From IMG/VR virus record IMGVR_UViG_3300037420_000666: a DNA stretch of 14,365 nt. One strand, 5' to 3'. The notes below the pieces were generated by a model. The model saw only the letters and a program-made list of their open reading frames with translations, had not been told where the DNA came from and did not search any database. Position 1 is the stretch's first letter. Every line of letters starts with the position of its first letter. The DNA is from a virus. Taxonomy: Duplodnaviria > Heunggongvirae > Uroviricota > Caudoviricetes. Positions 1 to 7,483 of this stretch are shown here, one piece after another. Position numbers and translations under genes: made by a program.

Positions 1-213
1 CTTGTCGCCGGGGTAGGTGCCGGCATGGAGCGAATGCTAGGCAGAGGGGGTGCCGCTGAAAATCGACCTTTTGCGCAAGGTGCGTTCTCGTTTGGAGAAC
101 CCTCGGGCGACCCCGATAACCCCGGATAGCCCCCGGCGCATATGAATCAAGGGCTTAGACATTGGGGTTGACCCCCGTCGCCCCCAATTTCTTCCCCGGA
201 TTCTTCCCTGGCG

Positions 214-1407
214 TCAGCTCGCTTTGCGCGTGGCTTGAGGGGTCTGCATTGCCGCTTCCAGGCGGCGCATCTCGCGCGCATCGGCATCGCCTTCAAGCCA
301 TCGGCTGTAGGTCGCCAGGAACTCTTTGACCGAGTGCCCCAGCTGCTTGGCGCCGAATGCCGGGTTTACGCCGGCCATGAGCAGCTGCGTCGCGTAGGTG
401 TGGCGCAGGTTGTACGGCTGGCGGTACCGGATGCCCAGGCGAGCGAGGGTGCGCTTCCACCAGCGCAGCAGGTTGAGGTCGCTCCCCCATGCCTCGCCGG
501 TCGGCCTGGTCCACACGAAGCCCCCGGCGATCTGGCTATGCGCACGCTGCCGCTGCAGTGCCGCCATGGCGCGGCTGTTGAGCAGCACCTGCCGCGGCGC
601 CCCTGTCTTTGTGCTGTCCCTGTGCTTGCCGCGGATCACGGTCTCATGCACCAGGGCGCGGCCGGATGCCAGATCAATTGATGGCCACTGCAGGCCGATC
701 AGCTCGCCCGTGCGCATGCCGGTGAAGCCCCAGAACTCGAAGACGTTCCATACCGACTCCGGGTAGTGCTGCCGCATTTCGTCGAGGATCGCCTCCAGCT
801 CCTCGGGTGTGAACGGGTCCGGGTCCTGCCTGCGCGCCTTCTGGGCTTTGATCGTGGCCGTGACGTCCTCGGGCATGAGCTTGTCCACCACGGCGGCGCG
901 CACCGCTTGGCGCAGCACCATCAGGTATTTGGTCTGCGAGCGAGGAGCGAGGTCCGGGTGCGCGGCAAGCGCGTGATTGAGGCTGCCGGCCTTCAGGTCC
1001 ACAAGCAGCTGGTCGCCCAGCTTGCGCCCCTTGTCGTCGCACGGCGCCGCCTTCCAGAAGCGGGCTGCGGCGGCGTAGCCGGCGCGGGTGGTGGGCTGCA
1101 CGCGTTGCGCGGCTAGCCAGTTGTCGAGGTGCTTGGAGAGCGTCAGGCCTTCGGCCGCCGCGGCCTCGCTGGGGAAGTAGCGCCCCAGGTCGAAGCGGCC
1201 CAGCTCGATGTCGCGGCGGATCTCGGCCGCCAGGCGCTCGGCGTACTTGATGGCGGCCGGCGTGGGCTGCACCGGCGCGCCATCGGCCTTCAGGGTGTAG
1301 CGGTGCTGGACTCCGCCGACCGTAAACGAGAGACGGATGCTGCGCTCCCGGACTTCAACCCCCGACCCCTTGCGACCCACTTCATCACCCCCTGCAAATC
1401 GACCCAC
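214..1407 (-). CDS. int: Phage tyrosine integrase (site-specific recombinase)
   Basis: 397-aa ORF. N-terminal arm-binding-type region (GRKGSGVEVRERSIRLSF) and C-terminal catalytic region (RHTYATQLLMAGVNPAFGAKQLGHSVKEFLATYSRWL) are typical of lambda-family integrases. The annotated start at 1407 is GTG with no Shine-Dalgarno; an in-frame GTG at 1380 preceded by AGGGGG is a likelier start. Position at the end of a leftward operon next to an Xis-like gene fits. Confidence 0.9.
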   Translation of the reverse strand: MGRFAGGDEVGRKGSGVEVRERSIRLSFTVGGVQHRYTLKADGAPVQPTPAAIKYAERLAAEIRRDIELGRFDLGRYFPSEAAAAEGLTLSKHLDNWLAAQRVQPTTRAGYAAAARFWKAAPCDDKGRKLGDQLLVDLKAGSLNHALAAHPDLAPRSQTKYLMVLRQAVRAAVVDKLMPEDVTATIKAQKARRQDPDPFTPEELEAILDEMRQHYPESVWNVFEFWGFTGMRTGELIGLQWPSIDLASGRALVHETVIRGKHRDSTKTGAPRQVLLNSRAMAALQRQRAHSQIAGGFVWTRPTGEAWGSDLNLLRWWKRTLARLGIRYRQPYNLRHTYATQLLMAGVNPAFGAKQLGHSVKEFLATYSRWLEGDADAREMRRLEAAMQTPQATRKAS

Positions 1408-1583
1408 AAGCGACCGTCTGGGTCGCGGAAATACTCCTGGCCTTCGAGCCAGCGTCCATCTTCAATCTTGCGCTCCATGGCCTTGACTGTCATGCCGGTG
1501 AGCGTCGCCGCCAGCGACAGCATCACGCGCTGCGCCGGCATGAGCTGCACCACGGTTGCGGCGGCTTGCGTGTTCGTTTCCAT
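1290..1583 (-). CDS. Putative excisionase / Xis-like small DNA-binding protein
   Basis: Small ORF immediately upstream of int and overlapping its 5' end in another frame, as lambda xis does. Core MTVKAMERKIEDGRWLEGQEYFRDPDGRLWVDLQGVMKWV resembles winged-helix excisionases. Start chosen at the internal ATG 1583 (METNTQ...), preceded by GGAGG; ATG at 1595/1616 are alternatives. Confidence 0.5.
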   Translation of the reverse strand: METNTQAAATVVQLMPAQRVMLSLAATLTGMTVKAMERKIEDGRWLEGQEYFRDPDGRLWVDLQGVMKWVARGRGLKSGSAASVSRLRSAESSTATP

Positions 1584-1640
1584 AGTTCCCTTCATCCTCC
1601 CGGGCTGGCACAGCATGCGCCATCCCGGGTTGCGTGGTCA

Positions 1641-2558
1641 TCAGGCGGCGTTCGCCGTTTGGCCTACGGCCGAGGCAGCGGCGCGGTCCAGGCGCTCCAA
1701 CTCAGCCAGGATCAAGGCGCCGGCCTTGACCAGCATCCGCCGCTCCGTGCCGGGCTTCCACCATTCGGGGGCCCACGGCCACAGCGTCGGCACATCGGCG
1801 CGCGGGTCGGCGTCCCCAACGCAATAGCACGCTGCTGCTGCGGCCATCTCGCCGCGCGAGTGCTCGTCGTCGTGCTCGGGCGTCCAGCCCTCGGCGCTGA
1901 CCTGGCGCGCACGCTCCGCGAGCACGTCCTGTGCGGCGGGTGTGATCGCCTGCAATGCCTCGCGGTGGGTCATCTCCCGGTCCACCGCGCGCGCAACGTC
2001 CTGCACCGATGCGCTCCAATATTCCGGCCGCATGTCGCGCGCCTTCGCTGCGCTCTCACGGGTGTTGGCCATGGCGACCACGCCGCAGGCCGCGTGACAC
2101 ATGCGCTCGCGCTCCAGCTCGGCGCGCAGCGCGCGGATCTCGTCTGCCGCCTGGATGCACGCCTCGGTGTCCAACTGGTCCCAGCAGTGGCCGCCGGCGT
2201 AGTTCGCGGCCATGGCGCGCAGGCGGGGCTCTTGGGATTCGGTGGTGACCGTAGGCGGCTGGGTCAGGGCGGCGCGGGCCTGCCATGCCTCCCAGGCATG
2301 AGCCAGCCCGCCGGCCGGCGAGTAGATGCCGTGCTTCTCGTCGCGGAAGGCGAACCCTGCGCGGATCGCCCAGCCCTCGAACGCTGCGCGCTCGTCCGGC
2401 TGCGCCCCGCTGGCGGCGGGCTGGGCCAGGGCCGCGCGCACAACTTCCATGCGTTCGCGCAGCAATGCGTAGTTGCCGCCGTGCGGCGTGCCGTCGATCG
2501 TTGCCAGCGCGTCGCTGGCGGCAGTGCGCAGGTCGGGCACGGTGGTGTTGGTGTTCAT
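1641..2558 (-). CDS. Ea22-like phage protein with C-terminal DUF550-type domain (recalled as dATP/dGTP pyrophosphohydrolase-like)
   Basis: Start set at internal ATG 2558 (MNTNTTVPDL...) with GGAG upstream; the longer frame begins at GTG and overlaps the upstream gene by about 210 nt. C-terminus WTPEHDDEHSRGEMAAAAACYC...WPWAPEWWKPGTERRMLVKAGALILAELERLDR matches my memory of the DUF550 signature found in lambda Ea22-like proteins. Sits where ea22 sits in lambda, between xis and the recombination genes. Confidence 0.65.
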   Translation of the reverse strand: MNTNTTVPDLRTAASDALATIDGTPHGGNYALLRERMEVVRAALAQPAASGAQPDERAAFEGWAIRAGFAFRDEKHGIYSPAGGLAHAWEAWQARAALTQPPTVTTESQEPRLRAMAANYAGGHCWDQLDTEACIQAADEIRALRAELERERMCHAACGVVAMANTRESAAKARDMRPEYWSASVQDVARAVDREMTHREALQAITPAAQDVLAERARQVSAEGWTPEHDDEHSRGEMAAAAACYCVGDADPRADVPTLWPWAPEWWKPGTERRMLVKAGALILAELERLDRAAASAVGQTANAA

Positions 2559-2572
2559 GGTGTTCTCCGGGG

Positions 2573-3820
2573 TTATGCGGCGAGGGCGGCAGCCCACATG
2601 TCGGGCTGCGTGGCGCCGTTCTGGTAGACGATCTCGGGCAGCACGGTGTCGGCGGTGGGCTCGTCGCCTTCCCAGCCGTCCGGCCACGTCTCGGCGGCGA
2701 TCAGCTCGCGGATGCGCGCCTCTTCCTTGGCGTTGATCAGGCTGATCTCGGGCCGGCGCAGGGCGCGCGCCGCGGCGTTGCACTCGGCCTGGATGCCCAG
2801 GACGCGCTCCAGCGCCATGGAGCGGGCCTCCAGCGTCAGCGGGCCCATGCGCTGCGGGTTCTTGGCGATCGCGCCCGACTTCAGGCGCTCGGCGCCGGCC
2901 TTCTTCAGGCGGTGCTGCGGTTCGCGCAGCTCACGCCACAGCCGCTTCAGCCCGCGCAGCGGCGCCAGGTACTGCCAGTGCGGCAGGGCCAGCACCGTCT
3001 CCAGCGCCTTCTCCTCCTGGGCCAGCGGGCAGCCGATGCAGCCTGTGCGCGCGTTGATCTCCTCGGCCTCGTCGCCGCCGTAGGCGTCCGCGATGGCGGC
3101 CGTGCTCCAGTCGCCGAACTCGGCCGCGGGCGCCCAGTGCTTCAGCCACTCCCACACGTGGCACACGCGCCAGTGCAGCAGCGGCGCGAGGGTTGCAATG
3201 CGGCCGCGCAGACCCTTCGCGTTCGGCAGCACCTGCTGGTACCAGCCTTGGCCGCACTCGGCGCCATCCTTGCTGCAGCTCATTTCGATGCGCCGGTCAC
3301 GGATGGCGCTCTCGCCCTGGCGCACGCCGGTGATCATCAGGAAGTTGCCTTGCAGCTGCAGCGCGTCCAGGCGCTGCTCCAGCGCGTGCTGCATCGGGTC
3401 GATCTTGATCTGCCGCGTGCACCACCTCAGCGTGTTGTTGTTCGGCGGCGGCACACCGCGACCCAGGATGTAGACCATAAAGCGCTTGTCCATGGGCGCA
3501 CGCACCACGTCCACCTGGATGCCGCGCTCGCGCAGCTCGTCCATGATCTGTTCGGCTGCGATGGCCAGCGGCGGCAGCTCCTGGCGCGTGTCGGCGTAGA
3601 AGATGGTCAGCGACTGCGGCGCCGCGATCTGCCCGGCGTCGATCAGCCAGCAGATCATGGTGAGCGTTGCGCTGCTGTCCTTGCCGCCTGACCAGGCAAT
3701 GCCCCAGTGCGGATGGTCCGGGCCGTAGGCCTGCAGCGACTGAATCGTGAGCTCGATGCTCTCGGTCATCTGCAGGCGCTGCGCGGTGGCGTCGAAGAAG
3801 CTGCTCTGTATGCGGCTCAT
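2573..3820 (-). CDS. PP-loop ATP-pyrophosphatase / PAPS-reductase-like protein (DndC- or phage DUF3440-like)
   Basis: Start set at ATG 3820 (MSRIQSSFFD...) with GAGGGAAGGA upstream; the longer frame starts at GTG 3889. Contains the canonical PP-loop SGGKDS (WGIAWSGGKDSSATL) and a cysteine-containing C-terminal half (TGCIGCPL). A 14-nt gap to the next gene suggests one operon. Confidence 0.8.
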   Translation of the reverse strand: MSRIQSSFFDATAQRLQMTESIELTIQSLQAYGPDHPHWGIAWSGGKDSSATLTMICWLIDAGQIAAPQSLTIFYADTRQELPPLAIAAEQIMDELRERGIQVDVVRAPMDKRFMVYILGRGVPPPNNNTLRWCTRQIKIDPMQHALEQRLDALQLQGNFLMITGVRQGESAIRDRRIEMSCSKDGAECGQGWYQQVLPNAKGLRGRIATLAPLLHWRVCHVWEWLKHWAPAAEFGDWSTAAIADAYGGDEAEEINARTGCIGCPLAQEEKALETVLALPHWQYLAPLRGLKRLWRELREPQHRLKKAGAERLKSGAIAKNPQRMGPLTLEARSMALERVLGIQAECNAAARALRRPEISLINAKEEARIRELIAAETWPDGWEGDEPTADTVLPEIVYQNGATQPDMWAAALAA

Positions 3821-3926
3821 CGTCCTGTCCTTCCCTCGTTTCTTCGTTGAGCCGGGGCGTCCACCACCCCGGCCCACCACCCCGATCACGCGCCCAACGC
3901 GTGCGGTGCGGTGATGCGGTGCACGG

Positions 3927-4592
3927 TCAGTGCACCCTCTTGAACTCCATGACCCACACCCACGGGTTCGCGCCCCATGAGCCGGCGCCGTTGATCTGCT
4001 CCCACAGCAGGCGATAGCCGCCCACGTAGTCGACCTCGGCCTCGTAGTGCGCGGCCATGCCGATGCGCTGCGCCGCGGCCTGTGCCTGACGGCTGCGCTC
4101 GGTCTGGTGCGTCGGGCACTTGCTCCACTCGACGCCTTCGGCGATGGCCTCGGCCCTGCTGCAGTCCTGCAGCCGCTCCACGCGCACGCTGGTCAGTTCC
4201 AGCGTGATGCGCGATGCCCAGCGGGGCATGTGGATCGAGGGGCGCCAAAACTCCATCGTGTCGCCCTCGTCCGCCGCGTAAATCACAGCAGAGCCGTCAG
4301 GGCGGCGCGACGGTATGTGGCGGTACACGTCATAACCACGCTCAAAGGCCTGCCACGTCTCGCGCACCCACAGTCGGTCGCCGGGTCGGCCGTAGGGACA
4401 CAGTTCGGCGGCCGCCTTCGGTCGCACCCACGACGGATCTGCAGGTTGCAGGCAGGCTGCCAGGCCCGGAGTGCGGTGCGTGATCTTCACGGCGCGCCGC
4501 GTCTGCGTCTTGGTGCCAGCCAGCAGCGCCCGCACCATCGGCGCGCTGAAGAGGATGGGGCGCTCGCGCGCCGCAGTGGTTGCGGCGCTCAT
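3927..4592 (-). CDS. Conserved phage protein, tentatively ASCH/PUA-like
   Basis: 221-aa ORF with ATG start and GAGG upstream. N-terminal ILFSAPMVRALLAGTKTQTRR resembles the ASCH G-x-K-x-x-x-R strand motif; assignment is from memory and tentative. Its start overlaps the stop of the upstream gene (4590-4596). Confidence 0.6.
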   Translation of the reverse strand: MSAATTAARERPILFSAPMVRALLAGTKTQTRRAVKITHRTPGLAACLQPADPSWVRPKAAAELCPYGRPGDRLWVRETWQAFERGYDVYRHIPSRRPDGSAVIYAADEGDTMEFWRPSIHMPRWASRITLELTSVRVERLQDCSRAEAIAEGVEWSKCPTHQTERSRQAQAAAQRIGMAAHYEAEVDYVGGYRLLWEQINGAGSWGANPWVWVMEFKRVH

Positions 4593-4593
4593 C

Positions 4594-5211
4594 TCAGTGC
4601 CTCGCCTCGCTGGTGGCGATGAACGCGTCCGTCGCGTCCATCACGGGCGCCTCGTCGTCGAGCAGGTCGGCTTGCTCGGGGTGGTCGGCGTCGAACGCGG
4701 CCTTGCTGCCGTCGATGGCCTCTTGCTTGGGCACCGGCGGCGTGAGCGTGATCACGATGCCCTGGCCGTTCTTCTTCCACAGCATCCCGGCCGCTTCTTC
4801 GTCCAGCTCGCTGGTGCCCACCCGGAAGCTCAGGTCCACGCTGCCGCCTTCGCACGGGTGGACCTTGAAGCCGTCCACCTTGCACGTGCCCAGGCGGATC
4901 GCGCTGCCGTCGTCGATGCCGTGGGCCACGGTGACGGCCCAGCCCTCGAAGCTGCGCTCCAGGCTCAGCGAGCCGATGCCCTGGGCGCGCAGCAGCGGCG
5001 TGGACTCCTCGATGCCGTCGAGCTGCGGCTGACCGTCTGCAGCCTTGTAGAGGGACATGCGCAGGCCCGGGGCCAGCGTGTCGAGGATCGTGTTCGGCGC
5101 GGTGATCGTGATGCCCAAGCTGACGGCGGGCACGCGCTCGTCGCCGTGCATCTCGGTGCGACCGGTGAAGCTGGTCAGCTTGGCCTGGGTGTCGGTGAGT
5201 TGGAACTGCAT
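4594..5211 (-). CDS. Hypothetical phage protein with acidic C-terminal tail
   Basis: 205-aa ORF, ATG at 5211 preceded by AGGAAA. No family recognised. C-terminal DADHPEQADLLDDEAPVMDATDAFI is strongly acidic. Stop is 1 nt from the next start. Confidence 0.7.
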   Translation of the reverse strand: MQFQLTDTQAKLTSFTGRTEMHGDERVPAVSLGITITAPNTILDTLAPGLRMSLYKAADGQPQLDGIEESTPLLRAQGIGSLSLERSFEGWAVTVAHGIDDGSAIRLGTCKVDGFKVHPCEGGSVDLSFRVGTSELDEEAAGMLWKKNGQGIVITLTPPVPKQEAIDGSKAAFDADHPEQADLLDDEAPVMDATDAFIATSEARH

Positions 5212-5245
5212 TTCCGGTTTTCCTGTCGTGAGGTGAGGGGCGGGA

Positions 5246-5566
5246 TCAGTACGGAACGGCCTCGGCCTCGATGCCGGCCGGCGTCTTGCCGCACTTGCAC
5301 GCTCCGCAGCCGGCGCACTTCTCGGCCAGGGCCTGGGCGTGCGCCTCTTCGGCGGCGATCTGCGCCACGGTCTCAGCGGGCAGGCCCAGGCGCTCGGCGG
5401 CGCGCTGGATTGCGTGGTCGGTGTTGCCGTGCACCTGGCGCATGGTCTCGACGGTGCTGGCTACGGTCGCGCGGGAAACGATGGGATCGGGCATATCGGT
5501 CTCGGTTGTGGTCATGCGGTGCCGGGCGCTGGCCCGGCGGGTTTTGAACTTGGAGCGGTGGGGCAT
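5246..5566 (-). CDS. Hypothetical small Cys-rich protein
   Basis: 106-aa ORF whose ATG overlaps the stop of the upstream gene (TGATG at 5564-5568). GC-rich third codon positions through the N-terminal extension. C-terminal cluster CAGCGACKCGK may bind metal. Internal ATG at 5515 is an alternative start. Confidence 0.5.
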   Translation of the reverse strand: MPHRSKFKTRRASARHRMTTTETDMPDPIVSRATVASTVETMRQVHGNTDHAIQRAAERLGLPAETVAQIAAEEAHAQALAEKCAGCGACKCGKTPAGIEAEAVPY

Positions 5567-6783
5567 CAGGCCGGCACGGCCTTGGCGGCACCCTCGGCCT
5601 CGGCGATGGCGGCGCGGGCCTCGACCATCTCGGGCGCGTGCTCGATCAGACCCTCTTCGTCGCTGTCGGCCATCGACGTCACCAGGGCGCGCAGCGCCTT
5701 CAGCAGCCGCGGGGCCGCATCGCGCAGGCGCTTGTCGGCTGCGGCGCGGGCTTCTTCCTCGCGCTGGCGGGCCGCGGCGGCTTCACGGGCCACGCGCTGC
5801 GCCTCGGCCAGCTCGGCGGCGGCCTTGCGCTCCTCGGCTTCGCGCGCCTCCCGTGCAATGCGGTCGGCCTCGGCGCGGGCTGCGGCGGCCTGGCGCTCTT
5901 GCTCGGCGAGGGCTTCGCGCTGGCGGCGCATCTCCGCTTCGTGGGCCTCGCGCTCGGCGCGCAGCTTCGCCTCGTGCTCGGCCCGCTCCTTGTCGCGCTT
6001 CAGGGCCGCAGCGATCTCCTCGGCCTCGCGCTGCTCGCGAGCCTTGCGCTCTTCCTCGGCGCGCGCGGCGGCGGCCTCCTCGTCGCGCTTCTTCTGCTCG
6101 GCGCGCAGCTTGGCCAGCTCGGCGCGCTCCGCGGCGAGGCGGGCGGCTTCGGCTTCGCGCTCCACCGCGGCAGCGTGCATGTCGCGCAGCTGCTTCAGCG
6201 TGTCGGCCTTTGCCTCCTCGGCCTTGCCGCGGTACTCCTCGAAGTCGTCGCCGATGGCAAGCGCCTCGATGTCCGCGATGTGCTGGGCGATCTGCTCGGC
6301 GGTGCAGCGCAGGGACGCCACCACGATGGCCTCGATGTCGTTGGCGATGCGGTCCTGGTGCGCCTTCACGCGCGCCGCCTCGGCCGCGGCCTTCGCCTGC
6401 TTCTCGGCTTCCTTGCGCTGCTCCTCAGCCTTGATCTGGGCGTCGTAGTGCTCTTCGCCAGCCAGCAGCTTCGCAGTGAGCTCGCCGGCAAAGCTGTCGA
6501 TGGCCTTGCCCAGGGCGAGCACCGGGGCCTTGGCGTCCTTGCGGGCCTTCTCGACAGCCAGGCGCGGCGTGCGCCAAGCGGCTCGGGCGGCGATGGCCGA
6601 CTTCATGCCGGCGGTGGTGCTGATCTCGGCGATCAGCACGTCCTTGGGGTGCTGCTTCTCCAGCTCGGCCAGGCCCGCGGCGATCTTGTCGAAGGCGCCC
6701 ACGTGCGTTTGCACGGTGGCGATGTTGGAGGCGATGCCGGCGACAGCGGCGGCGGCGGTGGTTTCTTGAGCGACGGTTTCCAT
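5566..6783 (-). CDS. Phage protein with a long E/R/K/A-rich charged helical repeat region
   Basis: Start set at ATG 6783 (METVAQETT...); the longer frame starts at GTG 6867 with no RBS and overlaps the exonuclease gene. The central ~200 aa are a near-continuous run of A/E/R/K (for example AEAARLAAERAELAKLRAEQKKRDEEAAAARAEEERKAREQREAEE), predicted coiled coil or single alpha helix. Confidence 0.7.
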   Translation of the reverse strand: METVAQETTAAAAVAGIASNIATVQTHVGAFDKIAAGLAELEKQHPKDVLIAEISTTAGMKSAIAARAAWRTPRLAVEKARKDAKAPVLALGKAIDSFAGELTAKLLAGEEHYDAQIKAEEQRKEAEKQAKAAAEAARVKAHQDRIANDIEAIVVASLRCTAEQIAQHIADIEALAIGDDFEEYRGKAEEAKADTLKQLRDMHAAAVEREAEAARLAAERAELAKLRAEQKKRDEEAAAARAEEERKAREQREAEEIAAALKRDKERAEHEAKLRAEREAHEAEMRRQREALAEQERQAAAARAEADRIAREAREAEERKAAAELAEAQRVAREAAAARQREEEARAAADKRLRDAAPRLLKALRALVTSMADSDEEGLIEHAPEMVEARAAIAEAEGAAKAVPA

Positions 6784-6811
6784 GTCCGTTTTCTCGGTCT
6801 GAAATGAGGGG

Positions 6812-7480
6812 TCAGGCGGCCAGCGGCATCGGGCGGCGCAGGGCGGCCTCGTGCTGGTCCACCACACGGCGGAAGTCCATCAGGTCGGACTCCAGGGCTT
6901 CGATTGCGTCGTCATCGCGGCGGATGCGCTGGATGAACAGGCTCTTGCCCACCGGTTCCAGCCAGGGGCAGAACACCACTAGGTCGCACCAGGCGCGGCC
7001 GGTGATCCAGAGTCCGCCCAGGATCTGGTCGCGGTACTCGTCGGCCGCGTGGGCCGGGTCCGTCCAGATCAGGCCCAGCTTGTCGCAAGCGGCCGGGCAC
7101 TTGATCTCGACCATGCCCACATCGCCCACGAAGCCGTCCGTGCTGTAGCCGAAGGCGCCGTCGTCGGTGAAGACGATGCCGGCCTCCATGGCCAGCGAGC
7201 CGGTGTGCTGCTCGTAGGCCTCGCGCGCTGCGGGCTCCAGCTCGGTGCCGCGCTTCATGGCCCACGTGACGAAGGTGTCATCCAGCGACGTGCCGCTGAT
7301 GCGCTCCATGGCCAGGGTCCATGCGTACTTGATGGCCTCGCTGCTGGGGTCGCCCGCCTTGCGGTCGCCGCTGGCGCGCTTCAGCTTCGAGCGGGCATCA
7401 CTGAAGCGGCTGGCGGTGATCACGCCGGCGCGCGCGGCCAGCCATTCCTGCGTGCCCTGTTGGACTTGAAGGAAGCGCAT
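6812..7480 (-). CDS. YqaJ-like viral recombinase-associated exonuclease (lambda Exo functional analogue)
   Basis: N-terminal QQGTQEWLAARAGVITASRFSDA is the hallmark YqaJ/PD-(D/E)XK exonuclease opening. ATG at 7480 lies 4 nt after the RecT stop, the classic RecT-exonuclease pair. Confidence 0.9.
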   Translation of the reverse strand: MRFLQVQQGTQEWLAARAGVITASRFSDARSKLKRASGDRKAGDPSSEAIKYAWTLAMERISGTSLDDTFVTWAMKRGTELEPAAREAYEQHTGSLAMEAGIVFTDDGAFGYSTDGFVGDVGMVEIKCPAACDKLGLIWTDPAHAADEYRDQILGGLWITGRAWCDLVVFCPWLEPVGKSLFIQRIRRDDDAIEALESDLMDFRRVVDQHEAALRRPMPLAA

Positions 7481-7483
7481 GGC

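Noticed and set aside
1-213. tRNA gene at the left edge as integration target
   Set aside because: No T-arm/T-loop consensus (GGTTCGAATCC-like) or CCA-end context found on either strand; only a GC-run hairpin is present.
235-2627. Several plus-strand ORFs (235-681, 398-766, 766-1116, 1129-1827, 1566-2627) opposite int, xis and the DUF550 gene
   Set aside because: All are antisense to recognisable minus-strand genes and encode R/A/G/P-rich low-complexity products typical of GC-rich artefacts.
2558-2783. N-terminal extensions of ORFs to their first in-frame start (for example 1641-2783, 2573-3889, 5566-6867, 8659-9180)
   Set aside because: The extended starts are GTG or TTG without an RBS and overlap the upstream gene by 50-210 nt; internal ATGs with Shine-Dalgarno sequences give compact, non-overlapping genes.
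2285-3691. 468-aa plus-strand ORF opposite the PP-loop gene
   Set aside because: Antisense to a gene with a canonical SGGKDS motif; the product is low complexity.
5700-6450. CRISPR array or tandem repeat element in the repetitive GC-rich stretch
   Set aside because: The repeats are irregular codon-level repeats (GCG/GCC/CTC) inside an open reading frame that encodes the E/R/K/A tract, not direct repeats separated by unique spacers.
5271-6807. Plus-strand ORFs (387, 369 and 389 aa) opposite the charged-repeat gene
   Set aside because: Products are extreme low complexity (R/P/A/S-rich) and mirror the repetitive minus-strand coding sequence; no RBS or start context.
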